From Octopus bimaculoides (Eukaryota): a stretch of DNA of 42,288 bases. Of the stretch, positions 23,871 through 36,617 are shown piece by piece; positions within the stretch are counted from its first letter, which is position 1; every line of letters begins with the position of its first letter. The stretch lies in contig NC_069004.1 in assembly GCF_001194135.2 (NCBI RefSeq), positions 22,641,277 through 22,683,564 of the forward strand. The letters are read 5' to 3'. A program made the position numbers and the translations under genes. The notes below the pieces were generated by a model. The model did not search any database, was not told the DNA's origin, and saw nothing but the letters and a program-made list of their open reading frames with translations.

Positions 23871-24429
23871 TGTGTGTGTCTGTGTTGGTATCTTTTGGGG
23901 AACAGTGAATCTTGAAGCGCATTGCTTATTTATGCGTTTTGAGATTCGCTGTTCCAAAAAAGAAATTCTTATGTCAACATTTATATTTACATTTTCTTTA
24001 TTATCATTTTTATGTGATGTTAGCGGTTCAGCAAATAGAGATCAATAAAATAAGTAACAGATATGATTTGCTAACACACTTTGAGTCACTGTTGCAACAT
24101 GGTGACAGTCGAATTACTGAAACCAGTAAAAGACTATGTACACGAGTGTATGTGTGTGCATGAATTTGTATGTACACACACAGGTATTCACAATACATAC
24201 ACACACACACACACACACACACACTACACACGCATGAATGTCTTCAGCGTCATGATGTCTGCCTGCTGGCAGTATTTCTGTTAAATATATATTTAATATT
24301 TAAATTATATATTGATAATACAATTTAGTCACCCAGAGGGAGTGATTATATTAAAAACTGCTGTAATCTATTTATTTCACTTCTTTTCCTGTTACAGTTA
24401 ATAGCTCTAAGTTATTGTAGATAATAATA

Positions 24430-24544
24430 ATAATACTATTATCATTCATAATAATAATGTTTTCTTTATTATTGATATTATTTCAATTATTAATATTATA
24501 ATAATAATATTATCAATATTATTAAAATTATTATTGTTGTTGTT

Positions 24545-24600
<56 letters not shown>
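24430..24600. repeat. (TAA)n microsatellite / AT-rich tract
   Basis: Perfect TAA run at about 24547-24600 with degenerate TAA repeats upstream. Confidence 0.95.
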
Positions 24601-24601
<1 letters not shown>

Positions 24602-25078
24602 CACTGACAGAACAATTGAAACTAACATACTCATTAGAGGCAGGAAAGAAAATGAACATAAACTGATAGATATAAGTTTCCTCAATGATAAGAATATGTC
24701 TGTCAAGGAATTTGACAAGCTCATTAAATATAAGAAACTGGAAATTGCATTACAAATGATGTGGCACCTTAAAGTGAAAACTTCCCCTATTATTGTAGGT
24801 GATCTTGGTATGGTAAAAATAAAAGGTAGGGTATCAGAAACATCTAGATGACATCTCAGGAGAACCATATCTCAAAGAAATATAAAAAAATTGTGTTGAC
24901 AGGTACCACTCATATCCTTAGAAAAACCCTGTCAACTTAGATGTTTCATGTTGTGCTGAATGTATTTTTGTACTATCCTCCTTTCTTTCTCTCCTCATAT
25001 TTAACCTTCATTTGTCCTAGGGCACTGAGAGTGATCTGGTAATTGATTGTATCAAATATGTAGATTAAAAGTAAAATA
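24601..25078 (+). mobile_element. 5'-truncated REL-endonuclease non-LTR retrotransposon (R4/Dong-like) C-terminus plus 3'UTR
   Basis: TDRTIETN..LIDISFLNDKNMSVKEFDKLIKYKKLEIALQMMWHLKVKTSPIIVGDLG ... KIVLTGTTHILRKTLST*, a PD-(D/E)xK REL pattern with the RPD motif lost. Confidence 0.8.
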
Positions 25079-25229
25079 TGGTGGTCACTCCTATCAGTTT
25101 CAACATATGAGTGTTTGAAGGAGAGGACTTAAAGAGAGTAACAGAAAAAGCTCCCAAAAAACTTAGGAACTGCAACTATTTGCAATGGATGTGTGAATGT
25201 AATTTCAGTCCAGGTATGGATTTTGCTAT

Positions 25230-25625
25230 GAAGTTGCAATGGAGACATTGAATGATTTTGATTTTGCCTGGGATTGGGCAAGTGTGTCTCTTGATTGTGG
25301 GATGTAGTTCTTCTATTGTTCTTTTTCTTCAGCTCAAATTGTTTGGATGCATTGTGACACATTTTATACCATGCAGATTGATCTAAGCAATGACTGTCCC
25401 AAGATGTCAGGTTAAGCAGTAGAGATTTCAGTGATTGCTTCAACTTATCTTTATACCTAAGGAGAGGTTTTCCTTTCCTGTGATATCCTTCCACTTGTTG
25501 GCCATACAGAAGAATTTTCGGAATGTGGTCTCTTTTCATTCGAACAACATGTCCTACCTATCTGCACTGAATGCTCATCAGCATGCTTTGGATACTGGAG
25601 ATAACACATTTTTCTGAGATTTTGG
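25230..25625 (-). mobile_element. RTE/BovB-type LINE C-terminal fragment
   Basis: GHVVRMKRDHIPKILLYGQQVEGYHRKGKPLLRYKDKLKQSLK..LTSWDSHCLDQSAWYKMCHNASKQFE. Confidence 0.85.
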
Positions 25626-25744
25626 CATTGAATATCCTATCTGGCCATTTTATGTTGCATACGTTGTGCAAACAGCACATGTGGAAAGTTTCAAGTTTCT
25701 TTATATGTTTGTAGTAGGGGGTCCATACTTCTGCCCCATACTGT

Positions 25745-25950
25745 GTTTTTGGGGGAGGGGGCTAGTCAATTATATTGACCCGAGTACTGGTATTTATTTC
25801 ATTGACCCGAGTACTGGTATTTATTTCATTGACCCTGAAAGGATGAAAGGCAATGTCAACCTCGGTGGAGTTTGAACTCAGAACATAAAAGGGGAAGAAA
25901 TGCTGCAAAGCATTCTGCCTGGTGTGCTAATGATTCTGCCAGCTCATTGA
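25745..25950 (-). mobile_element. SINE family A with exact 27-bp internal duplication
   Basis: ATTGACCCGAGTACTGGTATTTATTTC occurs at 25774-25800 and 25801-25827; family A head at about 25900-25950. Confidence 0.85.
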
Positions 25951-25964
25951 GTTTAGGCTAAGGC

Positions 25965-26145
25965 TAGTAATTTTGAAGGTGGAAGGTAATTACATCAACC
26001 CCAGCACTTCACTCTGGTGTTTATTTTATTGACCCTGAAATGGTGAAAGGCAAAGCTGACCACTGCAAGGATTGAGCTCAGAATATAGAGAGTTACTAAT
26101 CATTTTCTCTCATGTGCTAATAATTCTACCTGTTCACTGCCTTAG
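25965..26145 (-). mobile_element. SINE family A (diverged)
   Basis: TTACATCAACCCCAG...TTTTATTGACCCTGAAATGGTGAAAGGCAAAG...GCTAATAATTCTACC. Confidence 0.7.
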
Positions 26146-26299
26146 CAGCAGCAGCAGCAGTATCAGTAGTAGTAGTAGTAGAAGGAGGAGTTTCTGATTT
26201 AAGTCAAGGTCAGCACCTTCGAGAAAAGAGGTTAGTTGATGGCATTGACCCTAGTACTTTATTTATTGATTTATTTGACCTTAGTATGCAGAGAGCATG

Positions 26300-26690
26300 A
26301 AGAGGCTGTGTGGTAAGAAGCTTGCTTCCCGACCATATGGTTCCAGATTCACTTCCACTGTGTGGCACCTTGGGCAAGTCTCTTTTACTCTGTACTATAG
26401 CCTTGCGTTGACCTAAGCCTTCTCAGTGGATTTGATAGATGGAAACTGAAAGAAGCCTGTTGTGTGTGTGTTTTTGTGCCTGTGATTGTCCCCCACCATT
26501 GCTTGACAACCAGTGTTGGTGTGTTTATATTTCCATAACATAGCAGTTTGGCAAAAGAGACTGATAGAATAAGTACAAGGCTTTAAAAAAGAACGTACCA
26601 GGATCAATTCAATTAGCTAAAATTTTTTTCAAGGTGATGCCCCAGTATGGCCACAGTCTAATGACTGAAACAAGTAAAAAAATAAAAGAT
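26300..26690 (+). mobile_element. SINE family B, near full length
   Basis: GGCTGTGTGGTAAGAAGCTTGC head, (TG)n linker, tail ...ATGACTGAAACAAGTAAAA. Confidence 0.88.
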
Positions 26691-26764
26691 GAATGATATT
26701 GCCAGGTATTTTTTCTGGTGCTATAATCATTCTGTCAACTCATCATCTTAAATGTTTCCAACCC

Positions 26765-27065
26765 AGGCAAAAAGACCCGCGATTTTGAGGGTAGGGGCTA
26801 GTTAATACCAGAGATCCCAGTACTTAATTGATACCTTATTTTATTGACCCCAGAACGATAACAGATAATGTTGACTTCAGTAGGGTTTGACTTCAATCCA
26901 CCAGCCTAAGTAAAAGTCATTTCTTACATAGGCACAAAGTCTGAATTTTGGGGTTGGGTTTTAGTTGATTAAATCAACTTCAGTACTTGACTAGAATTTA
27001 ATTCTATTGATCCTGAAAGGATGAAAGACAAAGTTGACCTCAGTGGTACTTGAACTCAAGACATT
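26765..27065 (-). mobile_element. Two partial SINE family A copies in tandem
   Basis: Repeated motifs GATCCCAGTACTT..TTTTATTGACCCCAGAA and TTGATCCTGAAAGGATGAAAGACAAAGTTGACCTC. Confidence 0.7.
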
Positions 27066-27290
27066 TTGCTTGACTTTACTAATCTTCCACAACAGTAACA
27101 GAGTTAGTAGTAATTGCAGTAGTGGTAGTGGTGGTGGTGGTAGTGGTGGCCTTGCTAGTAATAGCAGCATCAGCTGATGAATAGATAAATAAATAAATTT
27201 ATAAATAAAGTTTAAAATTCTAAATAGTGATGGGAGTTTATTGGCAACAGCTGAAAACCAAACATGGTAACATTTCAGAGACAGTTAAGG

Positions 27291-27330
<40 letters not shown>

Positions 27331-27704
27331 GCGTGTGCGCGCNNNNNNNNNNTGTGTGTGTGTGCGTGTGCGTGTGCGCGCGCATATGTGTATGTGTGTC
27401 CAGGTATGTATTAATGTTGTATCTTGCAGGATATCCACTAAACTCATATTCCAAACCTGTATGAGTGCCATAAAAGGATTTTGAAAATTCAAAGAATGAA
27501 AGAAAGAAAAGCCCCACCTCTTGGCACTGGCAACACAAAATTTAATAACATCCAAATGCATTGGAAGCATCTTCCTCCGCTTGGTGGTGGTGGTGGTGAC
27601 GAGGATGATGGCAGTTATGTTGATGCTGATAATGATTCTGTTGATAACAACAATGATTGTGATTATTATTATTATGATGGTGATGATGGTATCGTCGGTG
27701 GTAG

Positions 27705-27870
27705 ATTTTAATCCCTGGTCAGTCCTAATTCATCAGACATAATCAAAGTCATTCAAGCTAAACCATCTTTGATATATTTTTGGAATATCCAGGACTACTA
27801 TATCCAATGTGTTTAAAATGGTAGTGTATAATTTGGGAGAGATTTGGTTGCTATATCTGGCAGGTCAAGC
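27705..27870 (+). repeat. Interspersed repeat family G (unclassified)
   Basis: Motifs TAATTTG.G.GAGATTTGG.TGCTAT.TCT.GCAG and CCCTGGTCAG.CCT recur at about 1040-1110(-), 10490-10550(-), 11015-11080(-), 13010-13040 and 39950-40120. Confidence 0.5.
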
Positions 27871-28881
27871 AACCATTCAGAGGAAGCAATAGTGGTAGTG
27901 GTGACATTTTTTAGTTCTTCACCTCCTAGGGGCTAGCTTTCATAATAAGTACCATCCAAATAGACATTTGAATACATCTGATGTAAGATTTGCAAGCTGG
28001 TTGAGTTGTTAACAAAATGACTAACATAAGGGTATGGTATAGGGATGAAATGCATCCTTCCATCCACTGAGGTTTGAACCAAAAGCTGAAGAAGACAAAA
28101 CCATGTCTGCAGCACATTTAGTCTGTTATGGTAAAGAACTCTGAGATTTTTAATAAAAAAATTATTTTCATCTTAGACAAAAATGTTGTCATTAGTACCA
28201 TGACAAACGCTGAGATAGTTCAAAGCTTATTGTTCTTGGACTAAGTATGGTAGAAATCACAGTTGTAAATTTGTTGATGTCTGCTGGTCATGGCATGTTG
28301 CTGCTGTGCATTGTTTTTGTATTGCAGCAGCACTCTTGCCTGCTGCTGGTTCTACTGCTGTCTGCAGACTGCCATGTGCTGTGTCCAGACTGTTGTCTAT
28401 CTGTAGTGGCTAAAATGCACTGAATATATAATGGTGGTTTTGGGCAGAAAAAGCACATCAAAGATGAAATTATTGTTAGACCTGGTTCCACACGAAGTCT
28501 TGAATGGTCAGATTTTTTTTATGACTTCACTAATATTTTAGTGAATTATAATCATGTTTTCAAGTTGGTTTTTGCTTCAGATATAGTGATCTGGGTTTGA
28601 TTTCTAAATTTTGGTGTTGCTAAATATTCCTGTTACAAGTTTAATATTCCACTTTCTCAGACGTACAGTTATGGTAAATGAAATCATAATGGTGATGGTG
28701 GTTTCACATTACCAGAATTGAGCTCATACACATTCCCCTCCCCTTGGCTTAGTCCACCAAACTGTAAATATGTTCAATCTCTGTACTTTCATTTCTGTGG
28801 TAACTGGAAACCCATGTAAGAGAGTGTGAATGTATATGAGCAAATATATTCAAAACCATATTTTATGTTTGATTTAATTGT

Positions 28882-29026
28882 AACTTGTATGGTTGTATAC
28901 ACACACACATATACATAAATTCTCACTTGTAAGGTTGTTTACACACATATATACACAAACTAGCACTTGTAAGATTGTATACACACATATATACACAAAC
29001 TCACACTTGCAATGTTGTATACAAAC
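28882..29026. repeat. 40-bp minisatellite, about 3.5 copies
   Basis: CACTTGTAAG.TTGT.TACACACATATATACACAAACT.. units start at 28924, 28964 and 29004, with a degenerate unit at 28882. Confidence 0.8.
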
Positions 29027-29134
29027 TTGCACATGCCTACACCATTTTTTTAAGTGATGTCCCTGCAAAGACACCACAACAACAGACACATACAAGAACA
29101 CACATGTGCATGAATATACATATACATGTACAGT

Positions 29135-29290
29135 GTCTTCTGCACAGTTTCCATCTATTATTTTTATTCACAAGACATCGGCCAACCTGCAGCTATGGTA
29201 GAAGTCGCTGCCCAACATGTCACACTGTGGGAATAAGCTTGGGATCATGTGTTTACAAAGCAAACATTCTAGCTGCACACACATGCCTTC
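29135..29290 (-). mobile_element. Old family-B-like SINE head
   Basis: The reverse complement reads GGCATGTGTGTGCAGCTAG...TTCCCACAGTGTGACATGTTGGGCAG..CTTCTACCATAGC..GATGGAAACTGTGCAGAAG. Confidence 0.5.
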
Positions 29291-29719
29291 ATCTATGTTT
29301 TATTAGAAACTGAGACTTTTTGAATTGCGTTAGGTTTCTAAAAAAAGAAATATATGAACCACTTTATATATTGAGTGCATTTTCATTTGTAAATACATTC
29401 ACCAATCTATATACATACTTTTATNNNNNNNNNNNNNNNNNNNNNNNNNNNNNNNNNNNNNNNNNNNNNNNNNNNNNNNNNNNNNNNNNNNNNNNNNNNN
29501 NNNNNNNNNNNNNNNNNNNNNNNNNNNNNNNNNNNNNNNNNNNNNNNNNNNNNNNNNNNNNNNNNNNNNNNNNNNNNNNNNNNNNNNNNNNNNNNNNNNN
29601 NNNNNNNNNNNNNNNNNNNNNNNNNNNNNNNNNNNNNNNNNNNNNNNNNNNNNNNNNNNNNNNNNNNNNNNNNNNNNNNNNNNNNNNNNNNNNTATATAT
29701 ACATGTGTGTGTGTGTGTG

Positions 29720-30145
29720 TGCAGGCATGGCTGTGTTGTATGAAGCTTGCTTCTCAACCACGTGATTCCAGGTTCAGTCCCACTGCATGACACCCTGGGC
29801 AAATGTCTTCTATAGTCTCAGACCAACCAAAGCCTTGTGAGTGAATTTGGTAGACAAACTGAAAGAAACCCGTTGTATATATATATATATATATATATAT
29901 ACATANNNNNNNNNNNNNNNNNNNNNTATCTGTATTTATGTGTGTGTCTTTGTATCTGTGTTTGGCTCCCCCCATCATCACTTGACAACTGATGTTGGTG
30001 TGTTTGGCAAAAGAGACCTATAGAATAAGTACTTGATTACAAAGAATAAGTCTTGGGGTCAATTTCTTCAACTAAAACCCTCTAAGGTGGTGCTCTAGCG
30101 TGGCTACAGTCAAATGACTGAAATGTGTAAAAGAGTAAAAAGAAT
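29720..30145 (+). mobile_element. SINE family B, near full length
   Basis: GCAGGCATGGCTGTGTTG...GGTTCAGTCCCACTG head, (TA)n linker with gap, tail ...AAATGACTGAAATGTGTAAAAGAG. Confidence 0.88.
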
Positions 30146-30160
30146 ATATCTGTGTGTGTC

Positions 30161-30610
30161 ACATGAAGTAGTATCGAATTTAATATATTCATGTCAAGTC
30201 ATATCTAACATGTTCAACTACACTTGAACTTGGGAAAACCTTTTGCTGTGGAAATAATCTTGAGAGAAAATTCTCTACCTAGATAACATGTGTGAAAATA
30301 CACTGGGCTGTGAATGACTTCATTGGATCATAGGACACATGTTTCTATATTCTTTGGTGTCACCAATTATCAACATCAAATCTACCCTTCATAGCCTGAA
30401 AAGAGTGATTCAGTCTTATATTAGAACACCAAATGGTACATTTGCTGATGTGCATAAAGCTTGGTCAAGCTAGAATTAGTCAGACGAAGTTGCTTGGAGC
30501 ATCATGGAGGAGCCAAATGTGTTTCCACACATGTTGCTAGGAGAATTTTCTCCCGAAACTATTTCAAGTGTACTTGATGTGAATATATTTTATTCAAAGC
30601 TACTTCATGT
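30161..30610. mobile_element. Old foldback / MITE-like element
   Basis: ACATGAAGTAG..AATATATTCA..TCAAGT..ACACTTGAA..GAGAAAATTCTC..AACATGTGTG at 30161-30307 is mirrored at about 30512-30610, with two small insertions in the left arm. Confidence 0.75.
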
Positions 30611-30822
30611 CCCTGTGGAATTCCGTTTTTGAATTCTGTGTTTTTTTCTTAAAAGAAATAGTGAGATGTCAAGGTTGCATGTGGAGGATGGCCCCCTCTC
30701 TCTCTCTCTCTCTCTCAAAGTTAGTGGGAAATAAAAGGGTGATGTCATCTGTGTGTGGGCGTTGCTGGAAGTGATGGCAAGTAGACACTTTTTTTTTTGT
30801 TTGTCTTTGGTCAGTAAGTGTC

Positions 30823-31206
30823 ATTTCCTATTTGCTTCTGCCTAGAAATCAAGAGAATTGACTACTATTCCCTTCAAACTTCGCTTTTGTGACCTGGATA
30901 TCAGTGTTTTGAAACTGAACTATTTTCCATTGCATTTCAGACAGATTCAGCACTGAGTGGCTGAAGCAGAAATATCATTATAGCAGATATTCTGCTCAAT
31001 ACCAGATTGACCTTGACCACTTGAGCATGTCCCTTAGTGGCTGACAATACATGCATCTCTGATCATGAGCAGGAGTAGTGGGGAAGCATCATAGCCATGT
31101 GTTGAGAGGGATTCTTTAGGGTTTGAATAAATATCATAACAAAAGCAAAGTTTGAAGGAAATGTTAGCCATTTTTCATACTTTCTAGAGGTAAGCAAATA
31201 GGAAAT
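30823..31206. mobile_element. MITE-like element with ~65-bp terminal inverted repeats
   Basis: ATTTCCTATTTGCTT..CTAGAAA..TTCCCTTCAAACTTCGCTTTTGT vs ACAAAAGCAAAGTTTGAAGGAAA..TTTCTAGAG..AAGCAAATAGGAAAT. No TSD seen. Confidence 0.75.
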
Positions 31207-32584
31207 AACAGTTGCTACCCAAGGACAAAAATCGTGTTACACAGCATTATTAATGTATCAAAGAAAGACGTACCTAAACTTTCCTGTACATATATACACC
31301 CAGGCATTTGTATGCATGCATATATATTCATATATATGTGTGTGTGTGTCTGCATATATTTGATAGTATATATACATATGCACACGTGTAAATATTATAT
31401 TCTTCAATTATATCACATTTACACACACATACAAACATAATACATGCAAAAATATATGCATACATATACATATAAAAACATATGGAAACAATTAGACTCA
31501 TCTTATATTCATGCAAGCATATTTAGTCAAACACACATGCATGCAACCGCATGCTCACAAACATATGCATGTTCTCATATACATTATATTGTAACAAAAA
31601 GTTAATATTTGAAGACAGATGTGAATTAAAATAGTTGAAGTTAGTTGTTTCATTGCTAAGTCTAAACTACAAATCTCTGCCAGCCCCCATCCTTTGTGTG
31701 TGTGTGTGTGTGTAAATGCACAAAGTAAAATATTATGTGTGTTAAGAGTCACTTCCAACATCAAGCACACTGTAGTGCATGCATGTAAGAAAACCAGGTC
31801 AAGATTCGGTAGTGTCTTGATCCAAATCATGTCACATAATGCAGCCAATGAAAGCCCCTTCTCTGCATCAACTTCAGTGTGCCAAATACATCAGCAAATT
31901 TATTGTGATGCTCTTTATCCACAGAGAAAAATATTACATAAACATTGCTGAACATTACTTGAAGTTAATACATATTTTATTATGCATCTAATTAAATTTA
32001 GATTGGAGTTCATAAATATGTGTGTGAGAGTTGAAAGTGATCTTACTTATTACAGAAAACTGAGTTAAGGCAAATAAATTAACACATTACAGAAAGAAAG
32101 GAGTCTCTCATAATATGTTTTACTATTATATTTACAACCAACAACTGCTAATATCCATAGGGCAGCTATACATTTCTGATGAAGAACTATACAATCTGCA
32201 ATGAGATATGAGAAATAACCAACTAAAACAAAATAGATATTACATCAACTATAGCAATAACTAAGCGTCAGTTTTTTTTCTTTTAACCAAGACTTGGTCT
32301 TACGTGAGAATATTTTATTTTTATAATGTGTTAATTTATTTCTCTTAATTTTAATAGGTTGTATCACTTTTAGTTTGTAAGGTCAAGGTCATACTTCCTA
32401 CAAAGGTATTCAACAAAATTCCTTGTAAATATCTATCTCCTTTACTTGCAGTAAAAAATTAATAGTTATTAATCTTCCCTGCAGTAATCCACATGTTCTT
32501 ATTCCTCTGTCATGCTCCAACCTCCCATCACCTGGCATATACTCAACTCATTTGCAGAGTCTTGTCTTGAATAACTTGGTAACC

Positions 32585-32762
32585 CTCATTGGTGGTAGTG
32601 CTACATAAAAAAGCACCCAGTACACTCTGTAAAGTGGTTGGCATTAGCAAGGACATCCAGCTGTAAAAACCGTGCCAAAGCAAGCATTGGTTTGGCACAA
32701 TCATGTTTCTCACCAGTTCCTATCAAACCCTCCAACCTATGTCTGTGAGAAAAATAGACATT
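32585..32762 (+). mobile_element. RTE family 2 3' terminus (diverged)
   Basis: CATAAAAAAGCACCCAGTACACTCTGTAAAGTGGTTGGCATTAGCAAGGACATCCAGCTGT ... (GAT)n. Confidence 0.75.
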
Positions 32763-32931
32763 AAATAATAATGATGATGATATATATACTATATAGATAG
32801 ATAGTCACTAATAGTTGCTTTTGTGTGTGTGTGTGTGTGTGAAGCTGTGCATGTCTGTATATGTATACATGTGTAAAGCTTTGCATGTCTCTATATGTAT
32901 AAATGCATAATACTTTACATGTCTGTATTAT

Positions 32932-35830
32932 CATCATCATCATCATCTTCATTTAATGTCCGCTTTCCATGCAGGCATGGATTGGGCTTTTTGACTGAGA
33001 ACTGGTAAGCTGGGAGGCTTCATCAGGCTCCAATCTGACTTGGCAAGGTTTCTACAGTTGGATGCTCTTCCTGATGCCAACCACTCTGCAAGTGTAATGG
33101 TTGCTTTAATGTGCCACCAGCACAGGAGCCAACTAGGTGGCACTGGCATCAGCCATACTTGAATGGTGCTTTTTATATGCCACCAGTACAGGTGCCAGTC
33201 AGGTGACACTGGCATCAGCCACACTCAAATGGTACATTTTGCATGCCACTGGCATGGGTGCCAATCAAGCAGCATTGGCATCGACCATGACTACAATTTC
33301 ACTCAGTTCAACAGCTCTTCACAAGCAGAGCATATTGCCCAATGATTGAAGAGTGCTTTTAAATGAGCCAGTTATGTGACACTGGCATTGGCCATGACTA
33401 CAATCTCACTTGGCTTGCTGGATCTTCTCAAGCATGGCATATCTCCAAAGGTCTCGGTCGCTTGTCATTGCCTCTGTGAGGCCCAACATTTGAAAGTCGT
33501 TCTTCACCACCTCATTCCATGTCTTCTTGGGTCTTCCTCTTCCACAGTTTCCTCCATTGTTAGGGTGTGACACTTCCTCACACAGCTTTCCTCATTCATA
33601 CGCATCACATGACCATACAACTGCAATCGTCTCTCTTGCACACCACATCTGATGCTTCTTATGTCCAACTTTTCTCTCAAGGCACTTATACTCTGTTGAG
33701 TATGCACACTGACATTATACATCCAGCGGAGCATACTAGCTTAATTTCTTTCAGGCCTATGCATGTCCTCAGCAGTCACAGCCCATGTTTCACTGCCATG
33801 TAGCATGGCTGTTCACACACATGTGTCATACAGTCTACCTTTCTCTCTGAACGAGAGGCCCTTTGTTACCAGCAGAGATAGGATCTCTCTGAACTTTGTC
33901 CGGGCTATTCTTATTCTGGCAGCTACGCTTTCAGAGCATCCACCCCTGCTACTGACATGGTCACCAAGGTAACAGAAGCTATCAGCTATTTCTAGTTTTC
34001 CCCGCCTGGCATGTAATAGAATCTGTTTTCTGTACATCTTCGGTGTTTATTGTACCTGTGCATCTGCCGCACACAAATACTATCTTCCCAGTTAACCTTC
34101 CTCTGATATTGCTACATCTCTTATGTGTCCATAGCTTACACTGGGTACATCTTAGGGAGTTTCTGACTTTTCTACAGATTGACCAGGGGCATCTACCTGA
34201 AGGGGTTTGTGATTTGTCTACCTTCCTACTTACTTAGACTTTGGATTTTGCTAGGTTAACTCTAAGGCCCTTCGATTCTAGCACTTGCTTCCACACCTGA
34301 AACTTCTCTAGTTCTGGTAGTGACTCAGCTATTAGAGCAAGGTCATCTACATAGAGGAGATCCCAGGGGGAGCCTGTCTTGAATTCCTCTATTATTGCCT
34401 GAATAAGAGGGGTTGAGAACTGATCCTTGGTGAACCCCTACTTCTACTCGGAATTCTTTGCTCTACTCATTGGCAACCCTCACTTTACTAACAGCATCTC
34501 TGCACATGGCTTGTACAGCTTTCACCAACTATTCATCTATCCCTAGTTTCCGCATTAACCACCAGATAAAGGATTGTGGGACCCTATCAGAAGCTTTCTC
34601 CATGTCAACAAAAGTCAAGTACAGAGGTTTATCTTTGGCTATGCATTTCTTCTGCAGCTGCCTTACCAGAAATATAGCATCAGTGGTGCTTCTCCCTGGC
34701 ACAAACCCAAACTGCATCTCATCTAAACTAACTCTGTCCCTAATTAGTTGGGCTATGACCCTCTCCATGACTTTCGTTACCTGATCCAACAATTTGATAC
34801 CTCTGTAATTATTTCTATCTAAGGCGTCACATTTACCTTTGTAGCAGTTGACTATGGTGCTTCTACACCAGTCATTGGGTATGACTCCTTTGTGTATCAC
34901 CTGGTTAACTATATGGGTAGACTATAGCCTACACTACCAGATATTTTAAGCATCTCAACAGTGATTCCTGATGGGCTGGGGGCTTTTCCTGTCTTCATAC
35001 CCTTAATTGCTTTATCTGCCAAGGTACCGTCAATTGGGATAGTCTGTGTTGGATCGACATTTGGCAGATTCTCTTTCTTCCATTCATTCTCTTCATTTAG
35101 CAACCTTTCATAGTGGCATCTCCAAGTCTCTCTCTTTGCAGCATCATTAAATGCAAGTGAGTCATCATCCATGTAGACACATTTCTCTCCTATGACTGAC
35201 TTTCTCTCACACATTGTCTTGCAATTCGAAACACTTCAAGTCTCTAGTCCTTACAATGCAGAAAATTGGCAAATTTCTTCTTATCTGCTTCCTTTCTGGC
35301 TAAGTAGACTTGTCTCCTAGCTTCCCTTTTGGCTATCTGATGCAGTTCTCTGCTACCACCACACTTCCAGTCCTTCCATGCTTGTTTCTTTTCACTAATG
35401 GCCCTGTCAACTACATTGTTCCACTACCATGTCACCTTAGGTCGAGAGGGGACTTTGCACCAGCCACAGATCTGGTCAGCAGCCCTTAACAGGTTGTCCC
35501 ATAGGAACCTCCAGTTGTCCTCCATTATGTGATGCTATATCCTCCTATTGTTCGTCAAAAGCTTCAAGTAAAATGTCTCTAAATATCTGTCCATTCAGGG
35601 GATCCTTAAGCTTCCAGACCCTTCTTTTCCACATTGGTTGTCTTCTGGGGTACATTCTTCACCTGGGAAAGTTTTGGCATTTAAAAGTAACCATCTTTCT
35701 TGTTTCCTGGTGAGAATGTAGTCAATCTGACTAGTGTACCCACCAGACTGGTAGGTGAACAGGTGACTGGTAGGTTTCCTGAAGTTAGTATTACAAATCA
35801 TAAGATCATTTGCATCACAGAACTGAGATA
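32932..35830 (-). mobile_element. 5'-truncated RTE LINE family 2 (end of APE, RT, PHD, C-terminus, 3'UTR, (GAT)n tail), decayed
   Basis: MICNTNFRK..SQIDYIL (APE), KTGKAPSPSGITVEML, NYRGIKLLDQVTKVMERV..MQFGFVPGRSTTDAIF..FVDMEKASDRV, GVHQGSVLNP, LLYVDDL, LEIADSFCYLGD, QERRLQLYGHV. Frameshifts throughout. Confidence 0.93.
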
Positions 35831-35865
35831 TATATGGATGTATAATATATATGGATGTATGATAA

Positions 35866-35911
<46 letters not shown>

Positions 35912-36318
35912 ACTTGAGTAAATTTTTGCATGTATGTCATATATATGTATGTGTGTGTGTTCTCAGAGAAAGGCTGTGCCCATGATGTTTATAGAATCTC
36001 TAAGACCATTGGTTAATGTTCCCTTTGAACAGATACATGTCAATGGCTGCAGGAAGTTGCTAGTTAGTGGTGTGTGTGTGTGTATTTGAATAAATGTGCA
36101 TCTAAGAATATAATCTGTAGTCATATGCTCTCTCCCTTTATTTCTTCTCCTTTCTTTCTCTCTCTCTCCCACCTTTTCTCTTTCATCTCCCTTCTTTTTC
36201 CTCTTTTCTTGCTCTTTCTCTTTTACTCCCTCATTTAATCATCATATTGATTCTTGCGTAATCACTTTATTGATAAAACTGTCAATTTTACTTTGTCCAC
36301 ATCTCTCTCACACTCTTC

Positions 36319-36351
<33 letters not shown>

Positions 36352-36460
36352 ACACACAGAGAAACACTTATATTTGCATAAATACATATGCACATACACA
36401 TATCTACACACAGACACACATTTATGCATATGCCAGTACACTCACATATAGAGGCAAACA

Positions 36461-36512
<52 letters not shown>

Positions 36513-36617
36513 TACACTTTTATATACTAGCTATCTCAAAACTAAGCTATCATTTACTATTATATCAATGCTGGCACAGTAATGATATCACCACTCTCTG
36601 TTCTCAACTCTCTACAT

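Noticed and set aside
27400-27600. Strong acceptor TTGTATCTTGCAG followed by short frames (GYPLNSYSKPV*)
   Set aside because: All frames stop within 18 codons and there is no homology. Not supportable without RNA data.
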